Origin: Eledone cirrhosa
Lineage: Eukaryota
DNA: 64,000 nt
Reading direction: 5' to 3'
Assembly (NCBI GenBank): GCA_964016885.1
Contig: OZ024741.1
Coordinates: forward strand, 96,410,001-96,474,000
In this document: positions 1 to 13,575 of the stretch, piece by piece
How the letters are laid out: each line of letters begins with the position of its first letter
Position numbering within the stretch: position 1 is the stretch's first letter
The notes under the pieces: generated by a model
Databases searched by the model: none
Told to the model about the DNA's origin: nothing
What the model saw: the letters and a program-made list of their open reading frames with translations, nothing else
Translations under genes and position numbers: made by a program

Positions 1-1701
1 TGCTGTATTCCTTCGTGCAGTTCGGCGTTGATTGAGTTCTGTCAGTTTCATAAAGCCTGTATGCTACCTTTACCCACTCCCTTAAATATTCGCTCCATCA
101 AATTTGACTGACATCAAAACTTTTCCCGCACAAATTTACAATAATTTAAATTACCACCTCCACCCTACATACACAAGAGAAATCCCAATATATTGATGGA
201 ACCCCCACTAAAAGTAATGACCAAAACCACTTTTAAATTAAACGCTCCGACTTAAAATATGGGTATATTCGATACCAATGTTTAAACTTAGAGAGTCCTA
301 AATGCTGGAACTTATATAACCTCACTGATTCTGAATCTATTATTTTATCCTTGCTGACTTTAAAGTGAGAACCACAGGTTTTAAATTGTACGTGGCTGCA
401 CAAAATATTTCAAAATATTGTTAAGCTAACCATATCTACAAATACTGATTCGTTGAATACTTTGTTAGGTTACCTATTACAGGTTAGATCTGCCACGAAC
501 GATGAAGTCCGGTGGCCGATGATGAGTTTCATGCCATACTGTGTTTTATAATTCAATTAATTGTACCTTTTTTATTTTGTAGGTCATGACATTTTTCTTA
601 TGAATATTTTACACCAACACTGGGTTAGATCAACTAAGTCTGTATTATAGGTGTATTAAAGCAGAAATGTATATGACAGATCAACAACAGTAGTTATAGC
701 TGCATCAGATGTAACGCACAAAGCCGCAATCTTGAGAAGAGAGTATGATTGGTTCATATTTTATCGACAATGGAAGCAAAGAAGGCAATGTCGATTCCAG
801 TGAGATGAGATTTCTGAACATCAGGGGACAAAAATAACACCTGTAAACAATTTATACTATTACTTCGCCTTACATACCTCGCAACATTTCTATATCTAGG
901 ATATTTCACCTAGTCTCAATGCCACTTAGTTTGATTTAAATTGACTCGCAGTACATGAATGATAAATATTTTCTTGGCAAAGGAGGATGAAAAACAAATT
1001 TGAACGAACAAGAAATTGAACTTAGAAACCAAAGCACGTAACTACACACAGAAAGGTATTTTATTTGTTGTTCTAGTGATTTTACTAGTTTACATCATTT
1101 CACTGTGTTTATAATAATAATTTCTTACATAGACACGAGGCTAACAATTTGATGGGTAGAGCAAAGTCTATTCGATCGATCTCATTACTTAATTGAAAGC
1201 TTATTTTTATCATCGCCAAAAGATGTAAGGTAACATTGATCTTGGTGTAATTTGAACGAGCCTTAACTGATACACCACTCTTCACTATTCCTATAATAAA
1301 TATGCAATTTTTAATAATTTTATTACGTTATTAATACATTTATGTATGACCCTCACAAAACCTCATTTCTCTTCCTTTAATATCAAACCTTGTTTCTATG
1401 TAATAAATCAATATTTCCTCCGGTTTTTTTCTTTTAAATAGAAATTTCTAAAATTTGTGGGAAACAGGCGATTTTATAAAGAAAACAATAAATTGAAACT
1501 TTTTGTTCTTTATGTCGTCCATATTGTAATAACATTTTTGGAATTATTTCTTAGTGATAATACAATTTTCTTGTAGTTTTGAAATTGTATAAAGTATAAA
1601 ACCTTATCAACATCAGCATCGTCTTCATCATGACTGTCGTTGTTGCTGCTGCTGTTATTGTTGTTGTTGTTGTTGTTGCTGTTGTTGTGTTGTTGTTGTT
1701 G

Positions 1702-1739
<38 letters not shown>

Positions 1740-2578
1740 GAGTATTTTTTTTATTTCTAGAATGATAAACGAAAACGAAAAATGTTTTCTATTAAAGAAA
1801 TAACGTTTCTGAGTGAAAAGAAACGACAGCAATATCAAAATCAACATAAAAACAACAACAACAATAACAACATCGGCATCATCATCATGAGCAGGAACTT
1901 CAGCAATAATAACCAGGAAAAATGGTAGTAAAAGGAGGTACAGGGCTTGCAACTACAACAACAATCACCCCTACAACTGCCACATCGAACGGAAATACAG
2001 AGCCACATCTAAAACAACAAATATCGTAGCAACGATAACATCAATAACAACAGAGACAACAGCTGCCACAATGATAACGACAAGAAAAACATAACAAAAA
2101 AAGGACAGTATAACAACAGCAACCGCAACTACAACAACAACGGTAACAACAGATTTAAGATGTACTTAGACTACCAGCAAGGGCAACAGCTACAATAACA
2201 TTAGCAACAGCATCATCTTACAATACGAGAACAACTATGATGCATTAACAAAGACATTGGTATTATTTTAGCGTCGTTTTGACAACGTTTGAAACAAGAT
2301 TTACTGTAGAAACAACAACAACAACAACAACAAAAACAACAACAATAATAGAAACAAAAGCTACACCAGCAACGGCAACAGCAACAGCAACAGCAATGAC
2401 AACAACACAACAGCAACATAGCTGGTTTAACTGAACAAAGTATAACAACGACTGCAACAACATTAATAGAAGAAAAAAAGAAACGTATTACAATAATTCA
2501 AGTTGATAATAGAAGAAAAATGTTAAACCTACTGTAGCAGCAACAACTACTTTAAAACAACACAATAAACAATAATAA

Positions 2579-2579
<1 letters not shown>

Positions 2580-2625
<46 letters not shown>

Positions 2626-2990
2626 ATGATAATGATAATGATAAGAATAATAAGATGAAGTAGGAGGAGGGGGCGATGAAGGAGAAAAAGAAGAGCAGAT
2701 GAAGAAGATAAAGAGGAAGAAGAAGAAGAAGAAGAAGAAGAAGAAGAAGAAGAAGAAGAAGAAGACGAAGAAGAAGAAGAAGAAGAAGAAGAAGAAGAAG
2801 AAGAACAACAACGACAAGAAGAACAACAACAGCAACAATAATAACTACAATAATAATAACAACAACAACATCATCAACAACAACAATAACAATAACAACG
2901 ACAACAACAACAATAACAGCAGCAACATCAACAACAACAACAGTAACAACACCAACAACAGTAACAACAACAACAACAACACTATCAACA
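2580..2990. repeat. Compound trinucleotide microsatellite (ACT)n/(AAG)n/(AAC)n
   Basis: Pure and interrupted triplet runs, directly visible; source of the poly-K/F/N/V ORFs. Confidence 0.95.
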
Positions 2991-3268
2991 ACACGCACGT
3001 AAAACGAATATAAAATATGTTGTTCTCTGAAGATATCAGAATATTAAACTTGTCTTAAGACATAAGTTCCTTCTTCACGTTTTACTTGTCAGCTTACACA
3101 GCTTCTTGCCACCCCTTCGTCTTTTAAACCACATCCTCCACATTCTCCTACCACTCCTCCTTTCCATCATGATCATCATAATCATCATAATCATCATCAT
3201 CATCAGAAGAAGAAACAGAAGAAGCAAGAACTTCACCAGCTTCTCCATTTTGGGTATCATTATAACAT

Positions 3269-3488
3269 GCGGTGGATTGGCAGTATCGGTAGAGGGTCGG
3301 ACACCATGTTCTGCAGCATAGAGTTACGGCCCTTTATGATCTGAGTTCAAATCCCGCCGAGGTTAACTTTGCCATTCATCCTTACGGAGTCGATAAAATA
3401 AAGTACCAGTCACGCACTGGGGTGGATTTAATCGACTTCCCCTACCCCCCAAAATTGCTGGCCTTGTGCCTATATAAGAAACTATTAT
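3269..3488 (+). mobile_element. tRNA-derived SINE with Deu/Nin-like central domain
   Basis: Starts GCGGTGGATTGGCAG (A-box-like); B-box-like GAGTTCAAATCC; GGTTAACTTTGCCATTCATCCTTACGGAGTCGATAAAATAAAGTACCAG domain; ATT tail; several near-identical copies in the window. Confidence 0.85.
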
Positions 3489-3493
3489 AACAT

Positions 3494-3678
3494 GCGGTGG
3501 ATTGGCAGTATCGGTAGTGAGTCGGACGCCATGCTTTGCAGCAAAGAGTTACGGGCCTTTGTGGTTGAGTTCAAATCCCGCCGAGGTTAACTTTGCCTTT
3601 CATCCTTACGGGGTCGATAAAGTACCAGTAATGCACTGGGTATTTGCTGGCCTTGTGCCAAAAGTAGAAACAATTATA
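3494..3678 (+). mobile_element. Same SINE family, tandem second copy
   Basis: Colinear with 3269-3488; both are preceded by TATTATAACAT/CATTATAACAT. Confidence 0.85.
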
Positions 3679-4326
3679 TCTAGCACCATAACCATCATTA
3701 TCATCATGATCCTCATGATCATCACCATCATGATCATGATGATCATGATGATCATAATCATCATCGTCATCATCATCATCATACAACTTCATCCCTGTCC
3801 TCGTCGCCTGCATCAACATCACTTTCATCATCAACCTTCTCCTCCTTCTCCTCCTTATCCCCCTCCTCCCACATCTCCTCCACCTCCATCTCCCCCTCGT
3901 CTACCCTCTCTCCTCTTCTCCCTCCTCCACTCCCTTTCCTCCACCTCCGCCTCCACCTCATCATCATCATCATCGGCTCGCCTCCCCTCACCGCCTTCCT
4001 CTCTCCTCATCGACCCCTCCCCCTCCTCCTTCTTCTTCTTCTTCTTCTTCTTCTTCTTCTTCTTCTTCTTCTTCTTCTTCTTCTTCTTCTCCTCCTCCTT
4101 CTTCGACGCCATCTTTGTTTTTCTTACTTTCTATCTTCATGTACCTCCCATTTTTTTCTCCAACAGGCCTTTGTTTAAATGTATTTTAAATGTTGTTAAT
4201 AATGTATTCTACCATCATATGTTACAGAGATTGTTAGTGTGTTGTTGTGTATTTGCTTGTTAGCGGTTGTTAGGTCGTTTGCGTGCTTTGTGGTGTGATG
4301 TTAGTGTGATACTGTATTTAGTACTG

Positions 4327-5100
4327 TTAGTATGTTGTGTGTGTAGTTTGTAAAGTGAGTTGTGTGTGTAGATTGTAAAGAGTGTTTTGTGTGTAGTTTG
4401 TGAAGTTTGTTGTTTGTGTAGTTTGTAAAGCGTGTTGTGTGTGTAGATTGTAAAGAGTGTTGTGTGTGTAGTTTGTGAAGAGTGTTGTGTGTGTGTGTAG
4501 TTTGTGAAGTGTGTTGTGTGTGTGTGTAGTTTGTGAAGCGTGTTGTGTGTGTAGTTTGTGAAGCGCGTTGTGGGTGTAGTTTGTGAAGCATGGTGTGCGT
4601 GTAGTTTGTGAAGCGTGTTGTGTTTGTGTAGTTTGTGAAGCGTGTTGTGTTTGTGTGTAGTTTGTGAAGCGTGTTGTGTCTGTAGTTTGTGAAGCGTGTT
4701 GTGAGTGTAGTTTGTGAAGCATGGGTTGTGCGTAGTTTGTGAAGCGTGTTGTATGTAGTTTGTGAAGCGTGTTGTATGTAGTTTGTGAAGCGTGTTGTGT
4801 TTGTGTAGTTTGTGAAGCGTGTTGTGTGTGTGTGTAGTTTGTGAAGCGTGTTGTGTGTGTGTGTAGTTTGTGAAGCGTGTTGTGTGTGTAATTTGTAAAG
4901 AGTGTTGTGTGTGTAATTTGTGAAGTGTGTTGTACACACACAACACGCTTCCCAAACTACACACACAACACACTTCACAAACTATACACACAACACTCTT
5001 CACAAACTACACACACACACAACACGGTTCACAAACTACATACAACACGCTTCACAAACTACACACACAACACGCTTCACAAACTACACACACAACACAA
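4327..5100. repeat. Minisatellite, ~22-28 bp unit GTAGTTTGTGAAGCGTGTT(GT)n, with a polarity switch at ~4935
   Basis: ~24 units on the plus strand (4327-4932), then ~7 reverse-complement units (CAACACGCTTCACAAACTAC) to 5100. Confidence 0.95.
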
Positions 5101-5211
5101 ATGTGTTTGATGTATGTTGTTGCATCTGTGTGCATGTTTGTTAGTGTTCTGTTGTGTATGTTAGTGCGTAATTATGTGTGTATTTCATAGCATACTATTA
5201 TTGTATGTATA

Positions 5212-5382
5212 GGCGGTGGATTGGCATGATTTGCAGCATAGAGTTATGGCCCTTTACGTTCCGAGTTCAAATCATGCTGAGGTTAACTTTGCCTTTCATC
5301 GTTTCAGGGTCGAAAAAATAAAGTACTAGTAGTGCACTGAAGTAATTGTTGGCCTTGTGCCAAAAGTAGAAACAATCATTAT
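5212..5382 (+). mobile_element. Deu/Nin-type SINE copy (diverged)
   Basis: GGCGGTGGATTGGCA...GAGTTCAAAT...GGTTAACTTTGCCTTTCATC...GGCCTTGTGCCAAAAGTAGAAAC. Confidence 0.8.
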
Positions 5383-6649
5383 TGTACGTTTGCAACTGTT
5401 CAATGCCTGAACTAATTTGTTAGTGTGTTGTGTTTGTTAGTATGGATGTATGTTATGTATTTGTTAGGTTTATTGTGTGATGTTCTTCGGTGTAATTGTT
5501 ATTGTTGTTGTATTTGGTGGTGGTCTGGATGTGTGTTTGCGTATTTCTAAGTGTGCTTATGTGGCTGTTAGTGTTTTACGTGTAGCTGAAATACTAACTT
5601 GTAGAATTTAAAGTTGTTAGCAAATTGTTGATAAGTAACACTTCCCTTCAATATATTTGTTGTAGATTATTATTATTATTATCGCTGTTATTATTATTAT
5701 CGCTATTATTATTATTGTTGTTATTATTGTTGTTGTTGTTGTTATTGTCGTTGCTGTGGTTATTATTGTTGTTGTTGTTATTGTTGTTGTTGTTATTGTT
5801 GTCGTTGTTGTAGATTGTAAACTCGATGGCATTTTTATGGTGACCTTGAGTATTGCTGATCTTGTTGCTGTGTTTATGTATTCAATGATCTTGTTGAAGT
5901 GTATTATGTTGTTGTTTGATGTTGCTACTATCGATGCTGTTGATCATATTGCTCTTTTCCTTTGTGATGTTCAGGTTTGCACTATTGATATTAACGTTGA
6001 TAACGATTCATGCTGATGTTTTCCATATTGTTGATGTTCATATTAATATTGATGTTTCATGTTCATGTTATTCTTGTGTTCTGGTATAATTCTATTCCTA
6101 TCTACGCTACTTTATACGAATATTAAATCGACTCCACTATAGTCAAGTACTGGAGTTGATTAAATATTCTGTTTGCGCAAAAGTCTTAGGTTGTAAAGAT
6201 TCTTTCATTCTATAAAAGTATATGTGGACTAAAGGGTAATAAGTACAATTGTTAATTACATCATCATTTTAAGTAATTAAACTTTCCTGTGAACTCTGCT
6301 ACCTCTAGTTTGTACACGAAGCACACATAGCTTAGAGAGAACGGTGTTGAATTGTACTCAATTTTAACATCCCATGGTAGGTGAATTACAGCAACTACCG
6401 AATGAAAAACATTTTATCTGACGTTCTATCAATTCTGCCGATCTTTCAACAGTTGTTGATAATTTTTGTTTTCTTAGTGCAGTTAACATAAAAAAATCAT
6501 AAAAATCATAATTTTTAAAAAATGTTTTTTTAGTGCACTAAAATTTACATCAGTGGACGAAATATTTGGTTCTCAGGATGTGAAGACGGAGAACATCAAG
6601 TTTGAGTAGCGCTTATCATGGACTTGAATGCAAGTGATGCCCTTGAAGA

Positions 6650-7230
6650 ATGGACACATATACGAACATCTTTAGACATCAAAGTGCGCTCACACAGGCT
6701 AAAATCGGCTTAATAGAGTGCTATCAACAGTTTCATGACTCAGTCAACATGATACCCCGTCATAATATTGCCACTCTCAGGGGGGATATGAATGCCCAGA
6801 TTGGAGAATGTAGGGTTTGTGCATGTACTGTGTCCTAAGCCTTTTTCTAACCATATTGAAAATAGTAATAGATTCATCCATTTCTGTGCAATAAACAACA
6901 TGGATATCGAATCCTCCCTCTATAAACGTAAGTCCATTCTTAAGATCACCTGGACTGCCAGCGGCCATAAGTCAAGGACCCAGAGAGACCACTTAGTGAT
7001 TGGACCTGAATATAGAGTGGCTACTCTGGAGGATGTTATCGAGGAGCCGATGTTAACAGCGAACCCTATCTAGTCATCGCCAGAATTAAGATGAAACTGA
7101 TGCGACAAAAGAACAAGAGATCATCACTCATGAGGTTGGACATCCCCAAACGAAAATACAAATACGCTAGGACGGTCAACGACCTCAAGGTAATTCTTCA
7201 GAAGAGGTTCTCTGCCTTAGCAGTCACTTT
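6650..7230 (+). pseudogene. Degraded AP-endonuclease fragment of an RTE-clade LINE
   Basis: Frameshifted translation gives GDMNAQIG, ENSNRFIHFC, KITWT, QRDHLVI, matching the APE motifs GDFNA, NG..L..FC, TW, IDH. Confidence 0.6.
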
Positions 7231-7453
7231 GTAAGGAAGTAAAGCACAGCGCCCAAAACGACAAACGTCTGTGGTTGGAGAGTCAAGCTGAAGAATCAGA
7301 GGTCAGTGGTAGCTTATTTTGTATGAGCAACTAGTTTGTAAATGCCGTGGATAACAGATAACAATCCTGAAACATATGCCTGACGTTCGGCTACTGAGAT
7401 AGGTATGACATAAAATATTCATAGTGAGACTCTTCTCTCGCTTTCTCTCGGTT

Positions 7454-7548
<95 letters not shown>

Positions 7549-7838
7549 CGTGCGTGCGTGTTTGAGTGAGTGTATCTGTGTGTATTGTGTGATCTTGTCC
7601 GGGCGTGTGCGTGCATGTAGGTGCTTGGGTACGTGTATGCATGTATTCGGCAAACCACAGGGTGCCGCAGGCTGTGTACATACACAATAAATATATAAGT
7701 ATCTTAAAAGATGCTACATTTAGATATCATACGCACGCATACACCCACCCATACAAATACAAACACACACACATACACACACATACATTCACACACATAC
7801 ACACATACACACACATACACGCACACCCACACGCACGC

Positions 7839-7952
<114 letters not shown>

Positions 7953-8374
7953 CCCTATATATAAATGCATCTACTTAAATTTATCTAAAAATAGTGTAGA
8001 TGTATCCTAGTTTTTAAGCAGCTTGGTGAACATGAAAAAAACGGTATTTGATTTATGTAATTTCTCTGGAGATAATATATATATATTTTTTTGTACAAGC
8101 TTCCATTTTTCATTCCTGTAATTTTGTACACTCAATTCGTGTTCTAAACCCTTTAGCGGTCTTTCATTTAATACACTTCTGTTGTATGTGTTCTACAAAC
8201 GTAAAACAAAATTTAATAAAAATATATACATAACTCCATACATAAACATAAAAAAAACCTAGCCACACCACTCACCCTAGTTCTTTTTCTTTTGATTTCC
8301 CTCTTAACATATCTCTCCTTCACACATACAATCACATACATGCGCACACGCACACACGCATATACATATAGTAG

Positions 8375-8406
<32 letters not shown>

Positions 8407-8424
8407 CCCTCTCTCTCTCTCCCT

Positions 8425-8494
<70 letters not shown>

Positions 8495-8500
<6 letters not shown>

Positions 8501-8624
8501 TGTAATAAACAACATAAGAAAATTATTCCATTTACCAAAGATTTCACGAAAACAGACGAGCTCGACACAGACGTAAACCTCTGGTAAATGGAATAATTGA
8601 CTTATGTTGTTTATTACATAACTA
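8495..8624. repeat. Inverted repeat (~50 bp arms) containing the 3' half of a hammerhead
   Basis: TAGTTATGTAATAAACAACATAAG..TTCCATTTACCA / TGGTAAATGGAATAATT..CTTATGTTGTTTATTACATAACTA; the left arm read on the minus strand gives GAAA-UC-UUU-GG-UA. Confidence 0.7.
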
Positions 8625-8681
8625 AATAGCTCTGTAGCCTACATAGAGCACTCTCCTTTCATTTACCTTTCCTACGGAAAC

Positions 8682-8765
<84 letters not shown>

Positions 8766-8767
<2 letters not shown>

Positions 8768-9134
8768 CTAGCCGAATTACCTTGTTGCGTTTCACACATT
8801 TTTTTTGTAAGAAAATGATGATTGATTTAAAATCAGTGATATAATTTATGGAGAAAAAGTCGACTAAGGTGTCTTAATATTATTGAAATTTGCTGAAATG
8901 TTTTGACTAGGCATCATAACTTGTCATTTAACTATGGTTTAAATTTCAGATAAATAGAAGGGAAAACATTTTAGCGGGGCTTTGTGCCCCTGTGGAACCC
9001 TTTGATTAAAATGAAATATAGTTATCCAAGTACCCTGGGCAATTTAGTTTCAGAATAAATGTGGTTATGGGGGGAGGGGTCTATCTTCAAAACCATAGGA
9101 GGAGTTCGTGAACAAACAGACAGGAACTGCAACG

Positions 9135-9140
<6 letters not shown>
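8766..9140 (-). mobile_element. Non-autonomous Helitron/Helentron-like element
   Basis: Minus strand begins in TATATAA followed by a CTGTCTGTTTGTT repeat and ends ...GGTAATTCGGCTAGT (CTAG terminus); no ORF; flanked by (TA)n. Confidence 0.5.
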
Positions 9141-9194
<54 letters not shown>

Positions 9195-9278
9195 ATATAT
9201 CATATGTAGATTCCTGAGTTGTGTCGGTGGGTAACCACAGTTAAATTGGTTACTCTATACATTAGTAGAGTATGGAAA

Positions 9279-9329
9279 ACTTATTCCTGATGATTTCATA
9301 CAAATGAGAGTTCTCGTCCTGTAGAAGTC
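9279..9329 (+). ncRNA. Degenerate hammerhead (relative of 21525-21575)
   Basis: TTC-CTGATGA-TTTCATACAAAT-GAGA-GTTCTCGTCCTG-TA-GAA; GAAA box mutated and stem III partly deleted. Confidence 0.55.
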
Positions 9330-9382
9330 ATTTCTAAACTTATAACAAAGATGTAACATACATGTATGTATATATACATATA

Positions 9383-10240
9383 CGAGGTGGGTCAGAAAAG
9401 TTCCAGGACTGATGTCACAAAATATTTATTTCAAACCCAAACTTCACACTAAGAGTTTTCTCCTTCAAAGTAATCCCCCTGTAGTCTAATGCACTTTTCC
9501 ATCCTTTTCTGCCACGCTTGCATGCACTCCTGAAAGGTTTCTTCCGGGAACCTCCGCAGTTCCGTCGTCCCAGCTTTTTTGATGTCGTCCACGTCTTCAA
9601 AACGGGTCGTACTCGAAGATTTATGACTCATCACCGGTGATGAATGTCCCTAGCAAGTCTGGATCGGTTTCAAGACGCTCGAGGATGTCTTGATACACTT
9701 GCATGCGTCGACCCTTCTGGTCATCCTTCAGCAGTTTTGGCACCATATTCGCTCAGACTTTCCGCATGTGCAAATCTTCAGTGAGAATCTTCCATACTCA
9801 GTTCATTTGCGATCAGTCGAACAGTCAGCCGAGGATCGCTACGCACCATCAGCCTGACGCGTTCAACGTTGATCTCAGTCCTGGTTGTTGAGGGCCTTCC
9901 ATTCCTAGGGTCATCTTCCACGTCCTCGCGTCATTCTTGCACAACTCAAAAACACGTGAGCGTGACATCGTCTCATCTCCATACACTTGGTGCAGCAATC
10001 CCAGTGCCTCTGACGGAGTTTTCAAGTTTGTTCGATGCTCTGTGCTTATTGCTTGACGACCTGAAACAGATGACATGTATATAAAATTATGAAGAAAAAA
10101 GTTTGATCGTTGTAGAGAGCTAAGATTACAGTTACATACTCCAGGGGGATTACTTTGAAGGAGAACATTCTTTGTGTGAAGTTGGGGTTTGAAATAAATC
10201 TTTTGTAACAACAGTCCTGGAACTTTTCTGACACACCTCG
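9383..10240 (-). mobile_element. Internally deleted mariner DNA transposon with ~100 bp TIRs and TA target duplication
   Basis: TIRs CGAGGTGGGTCAGAAAAGTTCCAGGACTG / CAGTCCTGGAACTTTTCTGACACACCTCG flanked by TA; minus-strand transposase remnants LLHQVYGDETMSRSRVFELCK (HTH) and WQKRMEKCIRLQGDYFEG (mariner C-terminus). Confidence 0.9.
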
Positions 10241-10276
10241 TATATATATATATATATGTATATTACACACACACAC

Positions 10277-10332
<56 letters not shown>

Positions 10333-10347
10333 GTGTGTGTGTGTAAT

Positions 10348-10379
<32 letters not shown>

Positions 10380-10380
10380 G

Positions 10381-11514
10381 TGGAGGAGGTTATAGTTCAC
10401 TTGAAGCATTGTGTAATGAGGTATAAACGTTTGAATATGTATAATAAAGCCAAAACAATGCAGGTATGGACATAGAAAAAAGAATGCAATTGCAAAAGAT
10501 ATTGTTGACAATTCGTCTTTTACCTTAGATTTATTTTAAACGTCCTTAATTTTCGAGATAATATCTCTTCTTCAGAGTGAAATAAACGTCTCAAACCAGC
10601 GTTCTAAATAGCTTGCCAAGCCATGCTGACAGGAAATAGTATAGAGTATCTGTTCTATCTCTAATGTCAAAGAGTTAAAATTAGGTGGATAAAGAGTAGT
10701 CCCCCTTTAAAAGGGGTTTGTTTAGGTTTTTTTTTTTATATACATGCCTGTTTAAGTGTGTGGGAGAATGCATGAAGGTGTAAGTATGTGAGTGTGTGTG
10801 TGTGAGTGTGAGAAGATAAGTCTATTCGTAAATGTGTGGGATAGGTGTTATCTGGTGTTAGAACTGGTTTTGTGTGTGTATGTGTGAGAGAGAATAAGTG
10901 GAGGTGTAAGCGTGTGTGTGTATGGGGTGTGTAAATACACCCCACATACACACACGCACGCACGCACACACACACACACGCTTACACCTCCACTTATTCT
11001 CTCTCACACATACACACACAAAACCAGTTCTAACACCAGATAACACCTATCCCCCACATTTACGAATAGACTTATCTTCTCACACTCACACACACACACT
11101 CACATACTTACACCTTCATGCATTCTCCCACACACTTAAACAGGCATGTATATAAAAAACAAAAACAAACAAAAACAAACCCCTTTTAAAGGGAGACTAC
11201 TCTTTATCCACCTAATTTTAACTCTTTGACATTAGAGATAGAACAGATACTCTATACCATTTCCTGTCAGCATGACTTGGCAAGCTATTTAGAACGCTGG
11301 TTTGAGACGTTTATTTCACTCTGAAGAAGAGATATTATCTCGAAAATTAAGGACATTTAAATAATTCTAAGGTAAAAGACTAATTGTCAACAATATCTTT
11401 TGCATTTGCATTCTTTATGCTATGTCCATACCTGCATTGTTTTGGCTTTATTATACATATTCAAACGTTTATACCTCATTACACAATGCTTCAAGTGAAC
11501 TATAACCTCCTCCA
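10381..11514. mobile_element. 1.13 kb palindromic module (arms ~545 bp, ~45 bp spacer) in (TA)n, each arm with an HHR-like core
   Basis: 10381-~10925 is the reverse complement of ~10972-11514 with scattered mismatches; CTGAAGA-A-GAGAT-ATT-ATCTC-GAAA at 11321-11345 (+) and 10551-10575 (-); stems I and III are poor. Confidence 0.85.
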
Positions 11515-11924
11515 TATATATATATATGTATGAGCCCTCAAGGACTCAAGTATAGACTACTCCATTCAATGGAAAGCCATCACTTAGTCCAAGCCATACG
11601 CAAGGGGAAATCCGTCGTGTGGACTATGTATTGATGAACGAATAAATATTCTAAAGAGTTTATGCAATAGCGATTGCCTAAATACGAGAAATGAATTCTT
11701 CCCACGTTGTCCACACGTCTCGAAACACCTCTTGCATAACTACAAAGCTCCGGGTTGAATTATTACAAGAATATCATAATTTTCTTATCAACTAAAAACT
11801 TTTCGGACTTTCGCAGTTATCTCCCTTAAACCTCTCGCACGCATTTTAGTATTGCCTGTGTGAAGTGACCGGTTTTTGCGCATTCGCGTTCGTACTGTGT
11901 CCTTCCCGTTCCGTATAACCATGT

Positions 11925-11974
11925 CCATTACGAGCTGAAGATCCGCTAAGGTGAAACAATTGTTCTCGGTATGG
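11925..11974 (+). ncRNA. Minimal type I hammerhead ribozyme
   Basis: Stem I CGAG/CUCG (extended by CCAU/AUGG); CUGAAGA 11935-11941; stem II U-CC-GCUAA-GG-U; GAAA 11953-11956; stem III AC-[AAUU]-GU with palindromic loop; predicted cut GUU^ after 11964. Confidence 0.8.
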
Positions 11975-12425
11975 TGAATTAACTGCTGTGTAACCACTTA
12001 TATATATATATATGAGTATTTCTTTAGAACTGCTAGAGTAGCAATCTAGCAGATACCTCAAGCACTGATGGTGATTATCGCTAAATACTGATGTTGATTT
12101 GATTATCAATATTAGTATTATTGGGCACCCACTGAAGAATTATAAGTGCCCACTTGGATAAGCATCTGTTGAACTTATACAAGCTTCTGCATAAATTGGT
12201 ATAATTTTACCTAAATTTGTAGGAATCTTATAATGAAACGAGACGTCCGTCTGGGAAGAGATATATTTGACATATCTCATATGAAATAATACAGCCAATT
12301 TTCCACACAGTACAATTAGTTAGCATCCCGAAATTTTAATTAGGAATATACTCACTTATTTCCTAATGTTTGTAGAGTAAGGTGGGATTTGACCGGAGTA
12401 TCGCTTAAAGCTTCCTCCGATAATG

Positions 12426-12468
<43 letters not shown>

Positions 12469-12575
12469 ATAATAATAAAATTGAAGACTAAAATCCAAAG
12501 AAGGCTCGATAAGGATAAATATATATCAAATATATAAGAACCGTAGAGCAAATATTTATTAAAATAACAGATTAA

Positions 12576-12626
12576 AGTTTAAGCAAAGAATCGCTGCTTT
12601 CACCCTTAACGGGATCTTCTGAAACT
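12576..12626 (-). ncRNA. Hammerhead variant (U4A core)
   Basis: AGUUU-CAGAAGA-U-CCC-GUUAA-GGG-U-GAAA-GCAG-cgauucu-UUGC-UU^AAACU; all three stems pair. Confidence 0.65.
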
Positions 12627-13575
12627 AACAAAGTCAGTCTGTAAACGCAGAACTGGATATTTCAAAAAACGTTGCAACCGGAGGAAGACAGGAAGACGAT
12701 ACCTTGGTTCGTGGAAACGTTCGCTTTCAAAGAACGGGAAAAAACGAATAATACGTCATTAATAGGAGCGGTGAAAAACAATTACGCGCAAAGACAGAAC
12801 CACGTTTATGGTATAAAAGAGGTCGTAGACTAATGTTCTCTTAGGTGGTGCATATAAACGTTCTCTGGCAATGAACGAAAGAACGAAGTTAATAAGTCAT
12901 ATGTGGAGCGTGGAGAACAAAAGCACGCAAAGACGAACCACGTAAATGGTATAACAGAAGTCGTAGACTAAAATTCTAACTAGGAGACCAAATGAATCTC
13001 CGCTACAGAGTTAAGAACAAAGTAAATAAATACAATACAGAAGTAATAGAAATAAATAAATACATACACGCAAACAAATACGTACATTTGTATGCTTGTG
13101 TACAAATAAATAAATAATTATATAAACGTATATAAGTAAATAAATACGTATATAACAAGCGCACACACATACCTACATATAAATACACGAATGTTCGGAG
13201 ACGTAAGTCAACTAAAACAAGAAGTACACATATACACACACCCACCATACCTACGAACCTACATACTCACGCAGACGCAAAACTCCCGTAGCTCCACATA
13301 TGACTTATTATCTTCGTTTTTTCGTACATTGCCAGAGAACGTCTCTATGCACCACCTAAGAGAACATTAGTCTACGACCTCTTTTATACCATAAACGTGG
13401 TTCTGTCTTTGCGCGTAATTGTTTTTCACTGCTCCTATTAATGACGTATTATATTCGTTTTTTCCCGTTCTTTGCCAGGGAACATTTCCACGAACCAAAG
13501 AATCGTCTTCCTGTCTTCCTCCGGTTGCAACGTTTTTTGAAATATCCAGTTCTGCGTTTACAGATTGACTTTGTT

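Noticed and set aside
1551-4263. Long low-complexity ORFs (poly-N/K/F/V/I), and similar YI/HT/CV ORFs throughout the window
   Set aside because: Stop-free translations of microsatellites with no domain signal.
4327-5100. CRISPR-like look (constant repeat with variable gaps)
   Set aside because: The gaps are only (GT)n length variants, not unique spacers; eukaryotic context and no cas genes.
7342-7385. Possible hammerhead remnant T-GGA...TCC-T-GAAA-CATATG
   Set aside because: No CUGANGA box, no UH site and no stem I; too degenerate to call.
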